64,000 bases of DNA from an uncultured Chloroflexia bacterium (GCA_963774695.1 CAVZFY010000003.1:107043-171042); one strand, 5' to 3'; counted from the first letter of the stretch, positions 20,193 through 35,300 are shown. The notes: a model not told the origin generated them from the sequence alone. Translations and numbers: made by a program.

Positions 20193-21514
20193 CTACCACT
20201 CGTGCGGGTTGAACACGAGCCCGGTGAGGGCCTTGGGATAGAAATAGGTCGACTTCTGGGGCATCACGTCGCCGGCGCCGGCGACATCGAGGATCGACGC
20301 CACGGGCGTCGGTTCGAGCAGGAACGCGGCATCGGCGCCGTCCGTCCCGGCGTCCACGAGCGCGGCCGCCTCGGCCGCCGACTTGGTATAGCGGATCCGC
20401 TCGCCGCCCGCCACGGCCGCGGCATCGATCCCCGCGAGGGCCTCGAGCGTCGCGGCGAGGATGCGAGACGTCCAGCCGGCGGACCGCGTCGCCGCCCGCC
20501 GTGATCAGCGGTTCGAACGCGGCGCGGCGCGCGGTGAGGAGCCAGGCGACGTCCCGCGTGAGGAGGCCGAACCGGCCCTCGCCGCCGGCGAGCCCGCCCG
20601 CGGCGCCGAAGCGGTCCACCAGCGCGTCGGCGGTGGTCGGCACGACCTCGAACAGGTCGCCCAGCCCGCCGCGGAGCCGCGCGAGCCCCTCCTCGCCGAG
20701 GCCGCGCACGACCCGGTGCGTCGGCAGCACCGTCAGCGCGTCGTCGGCGTCGAGGAACAGGGCCAGCAGGAAGTCGAACGGCGGATCGGGCTCGCACGAG
20801 CGCGTCATGCGTCGCTCGTCGCGGTAGCGCAGGGCCGTCTCGTAGCGGTGGTGCCCGTCGGCGATGTACACGGGCGCCGCGGCTCGCGACCGCGACCAGC
20901 CTCGACGCGGCGCCGTCCGTGGCCGTCGTCGGTCACGACCCACAGGCGGTGGCGCACGCCGTCGTCGTCGGCGAGGTCGACCGCCGGCGCGGTCGCGGCG
21001 ATCGTCGCGAGGTCCGCCGCGGCCGAGCGCGCGGGATCCGCGTACAGGACCACGACGGGCGACGTGTTGACGCCGGTCGCGCGCAGCAGCCGGTAGCGGT
21101 CCTCGCGCGCGGCCGCGAGCGTGCGCTCGTGCGGGAGGACGCCGCCGTCGGGCCCGAACGGCTCGAGCTTCAGTCGGGCGAAGAAGCCGCGCTGGGTGCG
21201 CTCGATCGTCGGTGCCGGGGACGCGCGTAGACCTGCTCGTAGACGTAGACCGCGGGCTTGGGATCCTTGCGCAGCGCCCCGTCCGAACGCCACGCGGCGA
21301 ACGTCCGCGCGACCCGCCGGTAGCGCTCGTCGGGATCCTCGCCCGGCTCGCCGAACGGGAGGTCGAGCCGGACCGCGTTGCGCGGGCTGCGCGCCAGCAG
21401 CGACCCGCGCAGCTCCTCGCCGATGACGTCGTACGGGGGCGCGACGATCGGCCCCAGCCCGCCGACGATCTCTGGATCGAAGCGGAGCGCGCGGAACGGG
21501 CGGATCTCGGGCAA
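20193..21514 (-). CDS. DUF1015-family protein (several frame breaks)
   Basis: Stitched from ORFs 21170-22069(-) (TTG at 21514: LPEIRPFRALRFDP...VAPPYDVI), 20805-21542(-), 20173-21789(-) (YIADGHHRYETAL) and 20193-20414(-) (MPQKSTYFYPK). Confidence 0.75.
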
Positions 21515-21731
21515 TGGGTCCCTCTGGGCGATGACGGGACATCGGCGGGCACCCCGCGACTGGGCGGGCGACACCGACGGGTCCGGGGCCGAAGCATCGT
21601 ACGATAGGCCGCGCCCAACGGCCACCGGGAGCGGACGGTGAGCCAGGGCGAAATCATCGAGGTGCAACTTTTCAGGGGGTTGGCACGTCGATGCTCCGAC
21701 CGCCTCCCCAGCCGTCGGCCCAGGAGCCCGC

Positions 21732-24177
21732 TTGACCCGTCCGAGTCTGCCCGCCCCGGGGCGCATCGCGCGCCTGCTCGCCGCCGCATCGCTCGTCCTG
21801 TGTGCGCTGCTGGTTCCGGCGACCCCGGCGCTGGCCGCCGACGGGCTGAAGATCGACGCGCACGTCCTCCTGCAGGGCCACGTTCGGGCCGGTTCGTGGT
21901 TCGGGATCGCGGTCAACCTCCAGAACGACGGCCCGACGGTCACCGGCGAGCTGCGGATCTCGGGCGGCACGGATTCGCGGACCCGGTTCGCGACGCCGGT
22001 CGAGCTCGCCACCGGGTCGCGCAAGCAGTACGTCCTGTACGCGCTCCCGCCCGCGTTCGGCGGCAACATGACGGTCGAGCTCGTCGACGGCGAGCAAGGT
22101 CGTCGCCAGCTCGAAGGTGGCGATCGCGCTCCACGACCAGACCCAGCTCGTCGTCGGCCTCGTGGCGGAGAACCCGGCCCGGCTCGTCGGCCAGCTCGAC
22201 CTGCTCCCCAACCAGAACGGCCTCGCGCCGGTCATCGTCCCGATGACGACCGCCGATCTCCCGGAGCGCGTCCAGGCGTGGGCGGCGCTCGACCGGCTGA
22301 TCTGGCAGGACACGGACAGCGCCTCGCTGACGCCCGGCCAGCTCGCCGCCATGCGCACGTGGATCGCCGGCGGCGGGCGCCTCGTGATCGTGGGTGGCAG
22401 CTCGCCCGCCGACGAGCTGACCGCGTTCCCGGACGACCTCCTCCCGTATCGGCCGTCCAGCCTCGTCGACGTCGACCCCAGCAGCCTGGCGTCGGTGCTC
22501 GGCCCGATCCCGGCCGGCGCGACGGCGGTCCCGGCCTTCGCCGGCGATCCCGGCGCCGGACGGACGCTCGCGACGTCCGGCGACCGCGTGATCGCGGCGG
22601 ACCGGACGTTCGGCTCGGGCTCCGTGACGCTGCTCGGCTTCGACCCGGCCACGCAGTGGATCGCGGACGGCGACACCGTCGACGTCCCGCTGTGGCGCCG
22701 GCTCCTCCCGCCCCGGTCCGGCGGCACGGTGTCGCTGGTCGACGACCAGACGATCGTCAGCGCGGTCTCCAACCTGCCCAGCCTCGCGCTGCCGCCGATC
22801 GGCGGCCTGCTCGTGCTCCTGTTCGGCTACATCGTGCTCGTCGGTCCGGTGAACTACCTCGTCCTGCGCTCGATCGACCGCCGCGAGTGGGCGTGGGTCA
22901 CGGTCCCGGTGCTGATCGCCGTGTTCACCGTGGGCTCGTTCGGGATCGGCGCCGTGCTGCGCGGCTCGGACGTGATCGTCAACGAGGTCGCGATCGTCCG
23001 CGGCGCCCCCGGGACCGACGCCGCGACCACGCAGTCGTACATCGGCATCTTCAGCCCGTCGCGGGCGACCTACCAGCTGCGCGTCGCGGGCGACGCCCTC
23101 CTCGCCGCGCCGATGAACGGGGACGTCCGGGCGACGGCGGCAGCAACCTCGACGTCCTCCAGGGCGACCCGTCGCGCGTCCGCGACCTCGCCGTCGGCTT
23201 CGGTTCCATGCGCACCGTCCGCGCCGAGGCCAGCGCCACCGGCCCGACGGTGACCTCCGACCTGCGGCTCGACGGCGGACGGATCAAGGGCACGGTCACC
23301 AACGGCTCGAGCCGGACGCTGATCGCGCCGGCGGTCGTGCTCGGCGTCTCGGCGGTGAAGATCGGCGACATCGCGCCCGGCCAGTCGGCCAAGGTCGACC
23401 TCGTGCTCAGCAGCAATGCCTTCAACGGGACCGCGCTCTCCGACTCGGTCGTCGGCCCGTTCGACTGGGGCGGCGGCACGATCACCGACGACCAGCAACG
23501 AGCCTTCGTCCGCCGGTCGATCGTCGACCAGCTGTCGTTCGACCCGAACACCGGGATCAACACCGGTCTCGCCGGGCGACACGCCCACGCTGCTCGCCTG
23601 GGGCGACGAGCCGGTCGTGTCCGCGGAGCTGGACGGCGCCCAGGTCCGGCGCGAGGCCAACGTCCTGTACGAGGTCCCGCTCCCGCTCACGGTCCGCGGC
23701 AAGACCACGTTCTCGGGCGACCTGCTCCGCAGCAGCGCCATCGACGTGAGCGCGAACTTCTTCTCGAAGGACCCGTGGAACATCAGCTTCGGGATCGGGC
23801 AGGTCACGATGGCCTACCAGCCCCTGCCGTTCGAGGGCTCGCTCAAGCCGGAGCAGGTCGTCGTCGCGATGGGCTTCGGCGGCGACATCACGACCCTCGC
23901 CGGGACGCAGGCGGTCCTGCGCGAGTCCCCGCGCTGCGACCCGGCGGCCGACGGCTGCATCGTGCCCCAGGACGGGCTGCCCGGACCTCGAGGCGCTCGA
24001 CGTGCGCACCGGCAAGTGGGTCCAGTTCGCCCACATGTCCGGCGGGCAGGTCTTCGAGCTCGAGAACGCCGCCCGCTGGGTCGACCCGACGAGCGGCCAG
24101 GTGCAGGTCAAGTTCGTCAACGAGAAGCAGGACGGCATCGGCTTCCAGTTCCAGGTCCAGATCACGGGGACCGTCCA

Positions 24178-24181
<4 letters not shown>
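21732..24181 (+). CDS. large signal-peptide/membrane protein, first gene of the ABC/MoxR/VWA operon (about 4 frame breaks)
   Basis: Stitched from ORFs 21732-24455 (start), 22117-23253, 21732-24455 again, 23416-24945, plus an unlisted frame for the tail (...VKFVNEKQDGIGFQFQVQITGTVQ*). Signal peptide, a WIAGGGRLVIVGG segment, and mid-protein TM helices (LLVLLFGYIVLVGPVNYLVL, WVTVPVLIAVFTVGSFGIGAVL). Confidence 0.6.
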
Positions 24182-25144
<963 letters not shown>

Positions 25145-25148
<4 letters not shown>

Positions 25149-26248
25149 GCGCGGTCGTGACGCCGCCGGTCCGCCGGTTCGGGGCGCTGCGGGACGTGGG
25201 CTCGGGCATCGCCGCGGTCGGCGTCAAGGAGCTCCGCGGCCGGATGCGCGGGCGGCGCGCGTTCGTCGTGCTCACGATCCACCTGCTCGTCGTCGCGGGC
25301 TTCGCCTGGATGATCGAGAGCATCGCCGAGCGATCGATGAACAGCGGGTTCAACAGCAGCGTGTCCGCCTCGGCCGACATCGGGCGGGCGATGTTCACGG
25401 GCCTGATCATGCTGCTGACGCTGATCGTGCTCGTGCTCGCACCCGCATCGACCGCCGGCGCCATCAGCCTGGAGCGCGAGAAGCAGACGCTCGACCTGCT
25501 GACCACCACCCCGATCTCGTCGCTCGCGATCATCCTGGGCAAGCTGCTGTCGGCGCTGAGCTGGGTCTTCCTGCTGCTGCTGGCGTCGATCCCCGTCGCC
25601 GCGCTCGTGTTCACGTTCGGCGGCGTCGGGCCCGAGGACCTCGTGCGCGCGTACGTGGTGCTGTTCGCGACGGCGATCGCGTTCGGGTCGATGGGCCTGT
25701 TCGTGTCCGCGTTCGTCAAGCGCACGCAGGCGGCGACCGTGATCAACCTCGTCATGACGATCGTGCTGACCGCGGGCGCCACGTTCGTCTTCGTCTTCTG
25801 GTCCTCGATGACGGCGAACGGGCTCCTGCCGAACCAGCCCGGCGCGGTGCGCGACACCTCGTTGATCGCGACGCTCACGCGCCGGCCGCCCGCGGCGCTC
25901 CTCTACTACAACCCGTTCCTCGCCCAGCTCGACGTCATCTGCGGCACCGAGACCGGGTTCGGCGGCACGTGCAGCGTGATCGCGTCCGTGAACGATGACC
26001 AGACCGCGATCAACGGCGACCTCGGCGGGCAGGGCTTCGGGGTCGACCACGACTCGTTCTGGCCGACGGCGGTCGCGGTGATGCTCGTGACCTCGGTGGT
26101 CCTCGTGGTCCTGTCCGTGCAGCTCGTGGCGCCGACGCGCGCTGGCGTCTCCACCGTCGCCGGCCGCGGCGACCCGTCGAGGAAGCGGCGTGAAGGCGCG
26201 CCGGCCTCCGGTCGCGCGCCGCCGGCGAGCATCCCGCGCCGTCGATGA
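25145..26248 (+). CDS. ABC-2-type permease
   Basis: Frame of ORF 24422-26248 from the GTG at 25145 (GTGA overlap). Six or more TM helices. Motif ISLEREKQTLDLLTTTPIS is typical of ABC-2/NosY/GldF-like permeases. The C-terminal ~30 aa are uncertain. Confidence 0.72.
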
Positions 26249-28191
26249 TCCCCGCCGATCCCGCGCGCCTGGGCGTCGAGCTCGATCCCGACCTGATCGC
26301 CCTGCGCGCCGGCCTCGTCAGCCACCGCCGCCGGCTGTGGCTGCGGCGCTCGGTCCGCCGCGCGTGGTACGTGCTGGCGGCCGTCGCGGGGATCGAGCTC
26401 GGCCTCGCGATCGCGATGCGCATCTGGCCGATCGAGTGGGCGCCGGCGCTCGCCGCGGCCATCCCCGCCATCGGGATGCTGGTGCTGCTGGTGCTCGTCG
26501 CCCGCGCACGGCCGTCGATCGGCGAGACCGCGCTCGCGGTGGACGCGGAAGGCGGCTCGGGCGACGCGCTCGCCTCGGCGCTCGCGTTCGCGCAGGCCAA
26601 GCCGGCGACGGCCGGTCCCGGCGACCCCGCGGACGACGACACCATCGCCGTCGGGGACGGGTTCGAGCTCGGCGCCGCGGAGGCCCGCTTCGTGCGGCGC
26701 CAGCGACGGGACGCCCTTCGCCGCCTGCGAACGATCGAGCCGGGCCTGTTCCGGCCGCGACTGGCGCGGCGCCCGGCCGTCGTCTCGTTCGTCGCCCTCG
26801 CCCTGCTCGTGCCGGCGGTGCTGCTCCCGAACCCGCAGGACGCCGCCATCGCGGCCAACCGCGCAGGTCCGCGACGAGGCCAACCGGCAGGCGCAGCGCA
26901 TCGACGAGGTCGCCAAGGACCTCGCCGACAAGGGCGCCAACGCCGAGGATCCGCGGACGCGCCTCTCCGAGGAGCTGCGACAGCTCGCCGCGCGGCTCCG
27001 CGCGAACCCGGGCGACCTCGACCTCAACCTCTCGCAGCTCGGGCTCGCTCGAGGACGAGGTGCGGGCCCAGCTCGACCCGTCCAACGAGCAGCGCGCGGC
27101 CTCGATCGCGTCGCTGTCCCGGTCCCTGTCGCGGGCCGCGACGAGCAACCCGCAGGCGAACGCCGGCGGCGACCCGCACCAGGCGCGCCAGGACCTCCAC
27201 GAGCTCGGCGACAAGCTCGACCAGATGACGCCCGAGCAGCGCGACGCCGTCGCTCGCGACCTCGCCGAGCAGCAGGGCCTCGCGAACCAGGCCGACGGGG
27301 CCGCCGGCCAGGCGCTCAAGGACGCGGTCGCGAGCATCAGCCAGGGCGACACGGCCGGCGCGAAGAGCGCCCTCGACCGGTTGGGCGAGGCGCTCGACGC
27401 GGCCAACTCGCGGACGCAGGTCAACCGCGACCTCGCGGCGGCGGCCTCGAGCCTGCAGGACGCGCGGCGGAACCTCGCGAACGCGGGCGGGCAGCCCGGC
27501 AGCCAGAACGGCCAGACGGGCCAGCAGGGCAACGGGCAACAGGGCAACGGCCAGCCGGGCGGGTCGCCCGGCGCGAGCGGCGGCACGGGCCAGGGCCAGT
27601 CGTCGGGGCAGCCCGGCCAGTCGGCGGGCGCCGGTCAGGGCCAAGGTCAAGGCCAGGGGCAGGGCCAGGGCCAGGGGCAAGGCCAGGGCCAGGGCCAGGG
27701 TCAGGGCCAGGGGCAAGGTCAGGGCCAGGGGCAGGGCCAGGGTCAGGGCCAGGGCCAAGGTCAGGGCCAGGGCCAGGGTCAGGGTCAGGGCCAGGGCCAG
27801 GGTCAAGGCCAGGGCCGGCACCGGCTCCCTCGGCGGCGGCGGCTCGAACGCCGCGTACCTCGGCAGCGGGACGTCGAACGGGCGCCCGGGCGGCCCGACG
27901 CAGCCCGAACCGGCCGAGCGTCCTCGGGCCCGACCTCGGGTCGGTCTTCGCGCCCTTCGACCGCATCGGCAAGCCGGGCGACCCGTCGTACGTCGCCGGC
28001 ACCGGCGGCGACGGCCAGACGCAGCAGGGCAGCCAGCAGGGCCAGGGCTCGAACAACGGCTCCTACGTGCCCTACTCGCAGGTCTACAGCGACTTCTACC
28101 AGTACGCGCTGACGACCCTCGACCGCTCGTACGTCCCGCTGTCGGTCAAGGACTACGTGCGCGACTACTTCAGCTCGCTCGACCCCAAGCC

Positions 28192-28195
<4 letters not shown>
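26245..28195 (+). CDS. membrane-anchored coiled-coil protein with (Gly-Gln)x30 tract (about 3 frame breaks)
   Basis: The ATG at 26245 overlaps the permease stop (ATGA). Stitched from ORFs 26245-27228 and 26190-28112, plus an unlisted frame for the tail (...YVPLSVKDYVRDYFSSLDPKP*). Two N-terminal TM helices, a long helical Q/A/D/L-rich region, then the GQ repeat. Confidence 0.6.
27633..27812 (+). repeat. 180-bp imperfect hexanucleotide tandem repeat (GGN-CAR)x30 encoding (Gly-Gln)30
   Basis: Read directly. Units vary among ggc/ggt/ggg and cag/caa. Lies inside CDS 26245-28195. Confidence 0.9.
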
Positions 28196-29257
<1,062 letters not shown>

Positions 29258-29277
29258 CGGATCCGGCACGCAGCGCC

Positions 29278-30262
29278 ATGACGGCCTCCCCCACCCCGCC
29301 CGCCGACACGCCGGACGAGGCGTCGACCCCGGCCGTCCCCGCGCGCCCGGCAGGCGTCAAGGCGTTCCTGCCCAACGAGCTCGACCCGACGGTCTTCGAC
29401 GAGGGCTTCCTGCGGCAGCTCGAGCGCCTCGGCGTCCTGATGAAGCAGCCGGTCCGCGGCGGGCTCAAGGGCGGCCGGCGGAGCGTCAAGCGCGGGCAGT
29501 CGGTCGAGTTCGCGGACTACCGCGAGTACACGCTCGGGGACGACCTCCGCCAGCTCGACTGGAACGTGCTTCGCCCGCCTCGAGAAGCTGTTCGTGAAGC
29601 TGTTCATCGAGGAGGAGGACGTGACGATCACGTTCCTCATCGATGCCAGCCCGTCGATGGCGTTCGGGCGACCGCAGAAGCTGCTGTTCGCCAAGCGGGC
29701 CGCGGCGGCGCTCGGGTACATCGGCCTCGCGTCGGAGGACCGGATCGTGGTCGCGGCGCTCACCGGGCGCACGGCCCGGCGCCAGGGCGGGCTGCGCGGC
29801 TCGGGGCGCGTGTTCCGGCTGCTGGCGAACCTGTCGTCGATCCAGCCCGCCGACGGCCCGACCGACCTCGTCGCCTCCGCGCGGCACGCCGCGGCGATGC
29901 TGTCGGGGCGCGGCGTCGTCGTGCTGCTGTCGGACCTCCTCGACCCGGGCGCCGACCGCGTGATCCGCGAGCTCGCGGCGACCGGTTCGGACCTGATCGT
30001 GCTCCACCTCCTGTCGCCCGACGAGCTCGACCCGGCGCTCGAGGGCGACCTGCGGCTCGTCGACAGCGAGTCGGGCGAGGGCATCGACGTCACCGTCGAC
30101 CTCGCGACGCTCGACGACTACAAGGCCCGCCTGGCGGCGTGGCAGGACGGGCTCGCCGAGATCGCGACGAAGCGGCGCGCCTCGTACGTGCCGCTGTCCA
30201 CGGACGTCCCGCTCGCCGACCTCGTGTTCGCCGAGCTGCGGCGCCGGCGCGTGGTCGGGTAG
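29278..30262 (+). CDS. DUF58-family protein (VWA-like, MoxR partner) (1 frameshift)
   Basis: Stitched from ORFs 29278-31353 (start) and 29594-30262. Motifs GQSVEFADYREYTLGDDLRQLDW and FLIDASPSM (MIDAS-like). Confidence 0.85.
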
Positions 30263-30268
30263 GCAGCG

Positions 30269-32386
30269 ATGCCGTTCCTCGCGCCGCTGGCGCTCGCCGG
30301 GCTCGTGTTCGTGCCGCTGGTCGTCGCGATGTACCTGCTCAAGCTGCGCCGCGACGAGGCGGTCGTGCCCTCGACGCTGCTGTGGCAGCGGCTCGTGGCG
30401 GACGTCGAGGCGAACGCGCCGTGGCAGCGCCTGCGCCGGAGCCTGCTGCTGCTGCTCCAGCTGCTCCTCGTCCTGATCCTCGTGCTGCTCGCGGCGCGGC
30501 CGTTCGTCGAGCGGCCGGCCGGCCTGGCGGGCGACCTCGTGCTCGTGATCGACACGTCGGCCTCGATGCAGGCGACGGACGTGACGCCGAACCGCCTCGA
30601 GGCGGCGAAGTCGGCGGCCATCGACGCGCTCAAGGACCTGCCGGCGGGCGGCAAGGTCAGCGTGATCGCCGCGGGCCGGACGGCCAAGGTGATCGCCAAC
30701 GGCACGGGCGACATCGGCCGGGTCAAGCAGGCGATCGCGAGCGTCACGCCCACGTCGGACATCGGCAACCTGTCCGACGCGCTGCGACTCGCGTCCGCCC
30801 TCGCCGCCCGCTCGGGCGACGCGGAGATCCTGGTCGCGACCGATGCCGCGCTGGCGACCCCGCCGGTGGGCTCGCTCGAGGCGCCGGTCCGGGTCCTGCG
30901 CGTGGGCCGCGACGCCGCGAACCAGGCGATCGTCGCGCTCGCCGTGCGGACCGCGCCGAGCGGCCTGTCGCACAGCGCGTTCATCTCGGTCGCGAACGTC
31001 GGCCTCGAGCAGGCGGACCGCCAGCTGCAGCTCTACGCCGACGGGCGGCTGCGCGACTCACGCACCCTGCACCTCGACCCCCAGCGCCGCACCGACGTCT
31101 CCATCGACGACATCGACGACACGCTCCACCCGGCGTCCGTGGTCGAGGTCCGCCTCGTCGAGGCGGAGGGCACGGCGACCCCGACCGTCGACGGGCTCGG
31201 CGTCGACGACCGTGCCTGGGCCGTCGTGCCGCCCAAGCAGACGCGCCAGGTGCTGCTCGCGGGCGAGCCGGATCCGTACCTCGAGACGGCGCTCAGCTAC
31301 CTGCCCGGACACCGAGCTCTACTTCCGCGACGGGAAGGACTGGTCGAGCCTGACCGGCCTCGACCAGTTCGAGCTCGTCATCTTCAACCGCTTCCTGCCC
31401 GACACGCTCCCGCGCGCGGCCGATCCTCGCGATCGCGCCACCGACGACCTCGGCCCTCGGCACGCCGGCCGGCACGCTCACGAACCCGGGCATCGGCGCG
31501 CTCGACCCGTCCGATCCGGTCCTGCGCTACGTCGACCTCTCGACCGTCCACATCGGCGAGGCGACGAAGCTCGACCTGCCGCCGTGGGCGCGCTCGGTGA
31601 TCCCCGGGCCGTCCGGCTCACCGCTCCTGTACTCGGGCACGCTCGACGGCCGGGCCGCCGCGGTCATGGCGTTCGAGCCACGCCACTCGGACCTGCCGCT
31701 CCAGGTCGCGTTCCCGCTGCTGCTCGCGAACCTGTCGGGCGAGCTGATGGGCGGCTCCGACACCCCGCTCGACGCCGTCGCCCCCGGCGCCCCGGTCACG
31801 CTGCCGGTCCCCGAGGGCGCGCTCGGGCGTCCGCGTGGAGCGACCCGACGGCAGCGCCGACGAGCTCGTCGCGCCGACGAAGGGCGCCGCGAGCGTGACG
31901 TTCGCGCGGACCGACCTGCTCGGGATCTACACGGTCACCGCCATCGCCGACCCGGATGCGTCCGCGGCGCCGTCTGGCGCGTCGCCGGACGCCCCGTCGG
32001 GCGCCCCGTCCGCCGCCGCCGGGGCGGTCACCTCGCCGGACCCCTCCGCCGGCCCGACGTTCCGGCCGCCCGAGGCGGGCGCACCGACCCGGTTCGCGGT
32101 CGACCTCCTCGACGTCGACGAGTCGAACATCGCCCCCGGGGACGCGGCCAGGCTCACGGCGCTCGGCGCCACGACGGGCGGCTCGGGCACGGGCGCCGGG
32201 ACCGGCTCCGGCGGCGCCGTCGAGCGGCCCAACGCCCGCGACGAGCTCTGGATCCCGATCGTGCTGCTGGCGCTCGTCCTGCTCACGCTGGAGTGGCTCG
32301 TCTACGAGCGCGACACGCTCGCGCGGGTCCGGCGCGCCGTCGCCGCGCGGCTCGGGCGACCACGCCCGACGGGCCGGAGCGCCTGA
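30269..32386 (+). CDS. BatA-type N-terminal double-TM anchor plus VWA-domain protein (3 frame breaks, each +1)
   Basis: Stitched from ORFs 30269-31600, 30843-31898, 31597-33504 and 31835-32386 (frames 2 to 0 to 1 to 2). MPFLAPLALAGLVFVPLVVAMYLLKLRR, MIDAS VIDTSASM, C-terminal TM helix. Confidence 0.8.
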
Positions 32387-35300
32387 TGGGCATCACGTTC
32401 GACGTCCCGGTCGCGCTGCTCCTCCTGCCGCCGCTGCTCGCGGTCGTCATCGCGCTCCACCTGACGTCGCGGCGACGGCTCGGCAAGGGCCGGCGGCGCG
32501 CGGCGCTCGCCGTCCGCGGGCTCCTGCTCGCCTGCCTCGTGGGCGCGCTCGCGGGTCTCCAGCTCGTGCTGCCGGTCGACCGCCTCGCCGTCGTCTACGT
32601 CGTCGACATGTCGGACTCGGTCGGGCAGGCCGGGCAGTCCGAGGCGCTCGCCTACCTTCGCGAGTCGCTGGCCGCCAAGAAGGACGAGGACGTCGCCGGG
32701 ATCGTCGCGTTCGGGTCGGACGCGCTCGTCGAGCGCCTGCCGTCGGACCTCGCCGAGATCGACCGCATCGCGTCGACGCCCGTCCGCGACGCGACCGACA
32801 TCGGGTCCGCGCTGCGCCTCGCGGCAGCGCTGTTCCCGGACGACGCCCAGAAGCGCATCGTCCTGCTGTCCGACGGCAACGACACCACGGGCTCGGGCCA
32901 GTCCGAGGCGGCGCTGGCGGCCGCGCGCGGCATCCAGGTGGAGACGGTGCTCACCGGGCTCGCCGGTCGCGACGAGGTCCTCGTCCAGCGGCTCACCGCG
33001 CCGTCGACGGCCCGCCGCGGCGAGTCGATCGAGGTCTCGGGCGACATCACGTCCACCGTCGCCCAGGCCGCGACCGTCCGCCTGTTCGTCAACGGCGAGC
33101 TCGCGGGCACCCAGCCCGTCGACCTGCCCGCGGGGACGACCCGCGTCAAGTTCACCGTCACGCCGAAGGACCCCGGGTTCAAGCGCTTCCGGATGGTCGT
33201 CGAGGCCGGCCGCGACACGTTCAACCAGAACGACCGGGCCGAGGCCGACACGATCATCAAGGGCGAGCCCAAGGTGCTGGTCGTCAAGGGCGACGAGGAG
33301 GTGGCCGCCGAGCTCGTCACCGCCCTGCGAGACCGAGCAGCAGGTCGTCGACACGATCATCCCCGAGGCGGTCCCGTCCGACCTCGCCGGCCTCGCCGAC
33401 TACGACTCGATCGTGCTGGTCGACGTGCCCGCGGCTGCGCCTCAACGACAAGACGATGGCCGCGCTCCAGTCCTACGTGCGCGACCTCGGGCGGGGGCTC
33501 GTGATGGTCGGCGGGCCGCGCAGCTACGGCGCCGGCGGCTACGCCGACACGCCGCTCGAGGCGACGCTCCCGGTCGACATGGGCGTCCGCGACCGGGAGA
33601 AGCAGCCGGACGTCGCGCTCGTCGTCGTCATCGACAAGTCGGGCTCGATGGACGCCTGCCACTGCAACAGCTTCAACGGCGGCATGGGCGGCGGGTCGAG
33701 CGGGACCGGCGGCGTGCGCAAGGTCGACATCGGCAAGGAGGCCATCCTGCGCGCGGCCTCGGCGCTGAGCGCCAAGGACGAGCTCGGGGTCGTCGCGTTC
33801 GACGAGGCGGCCCACTGGGTCATCCAGACCGCGCCGCTCGGCGGCCTCCAGGACATCCAGGCGCAGATCGCCGGGATCAATCCCAACGGCCAGACCAACA
33901 TCTACGCCGGCCTCGACCAGGCCGTCCAGTCGCTGGAGAAGGCCTCGGCGACCCGGCGCCACATCATCCTGCTGACCGACGGCTGGTCGACGAGCGGCCA
34001 GTACGACGCGATCCTCGCCAAGATGAAGGCCGACGGGATCACGCTCTCGACGGTCGGGGCGGGCGGCGGCGCCAACCCGTTCCTCGAGCAGCTCGCCAAG
34101 GCCGGGCGGCGGCCGGTTCTACGCGGCGACCAACCCGGCATCGATCCCGGACATCTTCCTCAAGGAGACGCAGCAGGTCTCGGGACAGCAGATCGTCGAG
34201 GAGCCGTTCTTCCCGATCCAGACCTCGAGCTCGCCGGTCCTGCGCGGCATCGACAACGGCCTGCCGCAGCTCCTCGGCTACAACGGCACGACCGCCAAGG
34301 CGGCGGCGCAGACGGTGCTCGTGTCGGACCGCGACGACCCGGTGCTCGCCCAGTGGCAGTACGGCCTCGGGCGGGCGGTCGCGTGGACCTCGGACTCGAC
34401 CGGGCACTGGGCGAGGAACTGGGTCGCCGTGGCAGGGCTTCTCGAAGTTCTTCAGCCAGATGGTCGGCTGGACGTTCCCGGGCGAGGAGAGCGGCGGCAT
34501 CGAGGCCTCGTTCGTGGACCGCGGTGGTCGCACGTACCTGCGCGTCGAGAGCCAGAACAGCGACGGCTCGGGGCGGGACTTCTACTCGACGACGGTGGCG
34601 ATGGTCGGGCCCGACCTCGAGCCGACGACCGTGAACCTGAACCAGGTCGCCTCGGGCGTGTACGAGGCGCCGGTGACGAACCTCGCGAGCGGCGCCTACG
34701 CGGTCCGCGTCACCCAGCAGCGAGCCGGCGAGGCGCCGCTCGCCCGGACGCTCGGGCTCGTCGCGCCGACGGCGGCCGAGTACCGGCTGCTCGGCGCCAA
34801 CGAGGCGCTGCTCGCCGCCATCCGCGCCGCGACGGGCGGCCGCGAGGTCGACGCACCCGCCGACGTCTGGATCCACGATCTCCAGACCACCAGCCAGCTC
34901 ACCGAGCTGTGGCCGTGGCTGCTCGTGCTCGCGCTGCTGCTGTGGCCGCTGGACATCGCCCTGCGCCGCGTGTCGCTCGGCCGCCGCGAGCTGGCGGACG
35001 GACGGCGGTGGATCGGCGATCGCCTGCACGGGCGGCGGGTCGCGGCCCGCACGGAGCAGGCCGAGGGCCTGTTCGCGGCTCGGGAGCGGGCCGGCGCGTC
35101 GAGCGCCCGGTCCGCGATCATGCGCGAGGCCGCCGAGCGCCCGGAGCCGGGGAGCACCGCGTCATCGACCTCGCCTGCGTCGACCGCGCCGGCCACTGCG
35201 CCGCGCCCGCTTCGCCGGCGCCCGCGACCCGCGCCCCGGCCTGTCGCCCGCCCCTGCCCCGTCGGCGTCCGTCGCGCCCGCTCCCACACCCGCGCCGGAC

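Noticed and set aside
27633-27812. Possible CRISPR array or other non-coding tandem repeat.
   Set aside because: The unit is only 6 bp with no spacers. It is in-frame inside a gene and encodes Gly-Gln.
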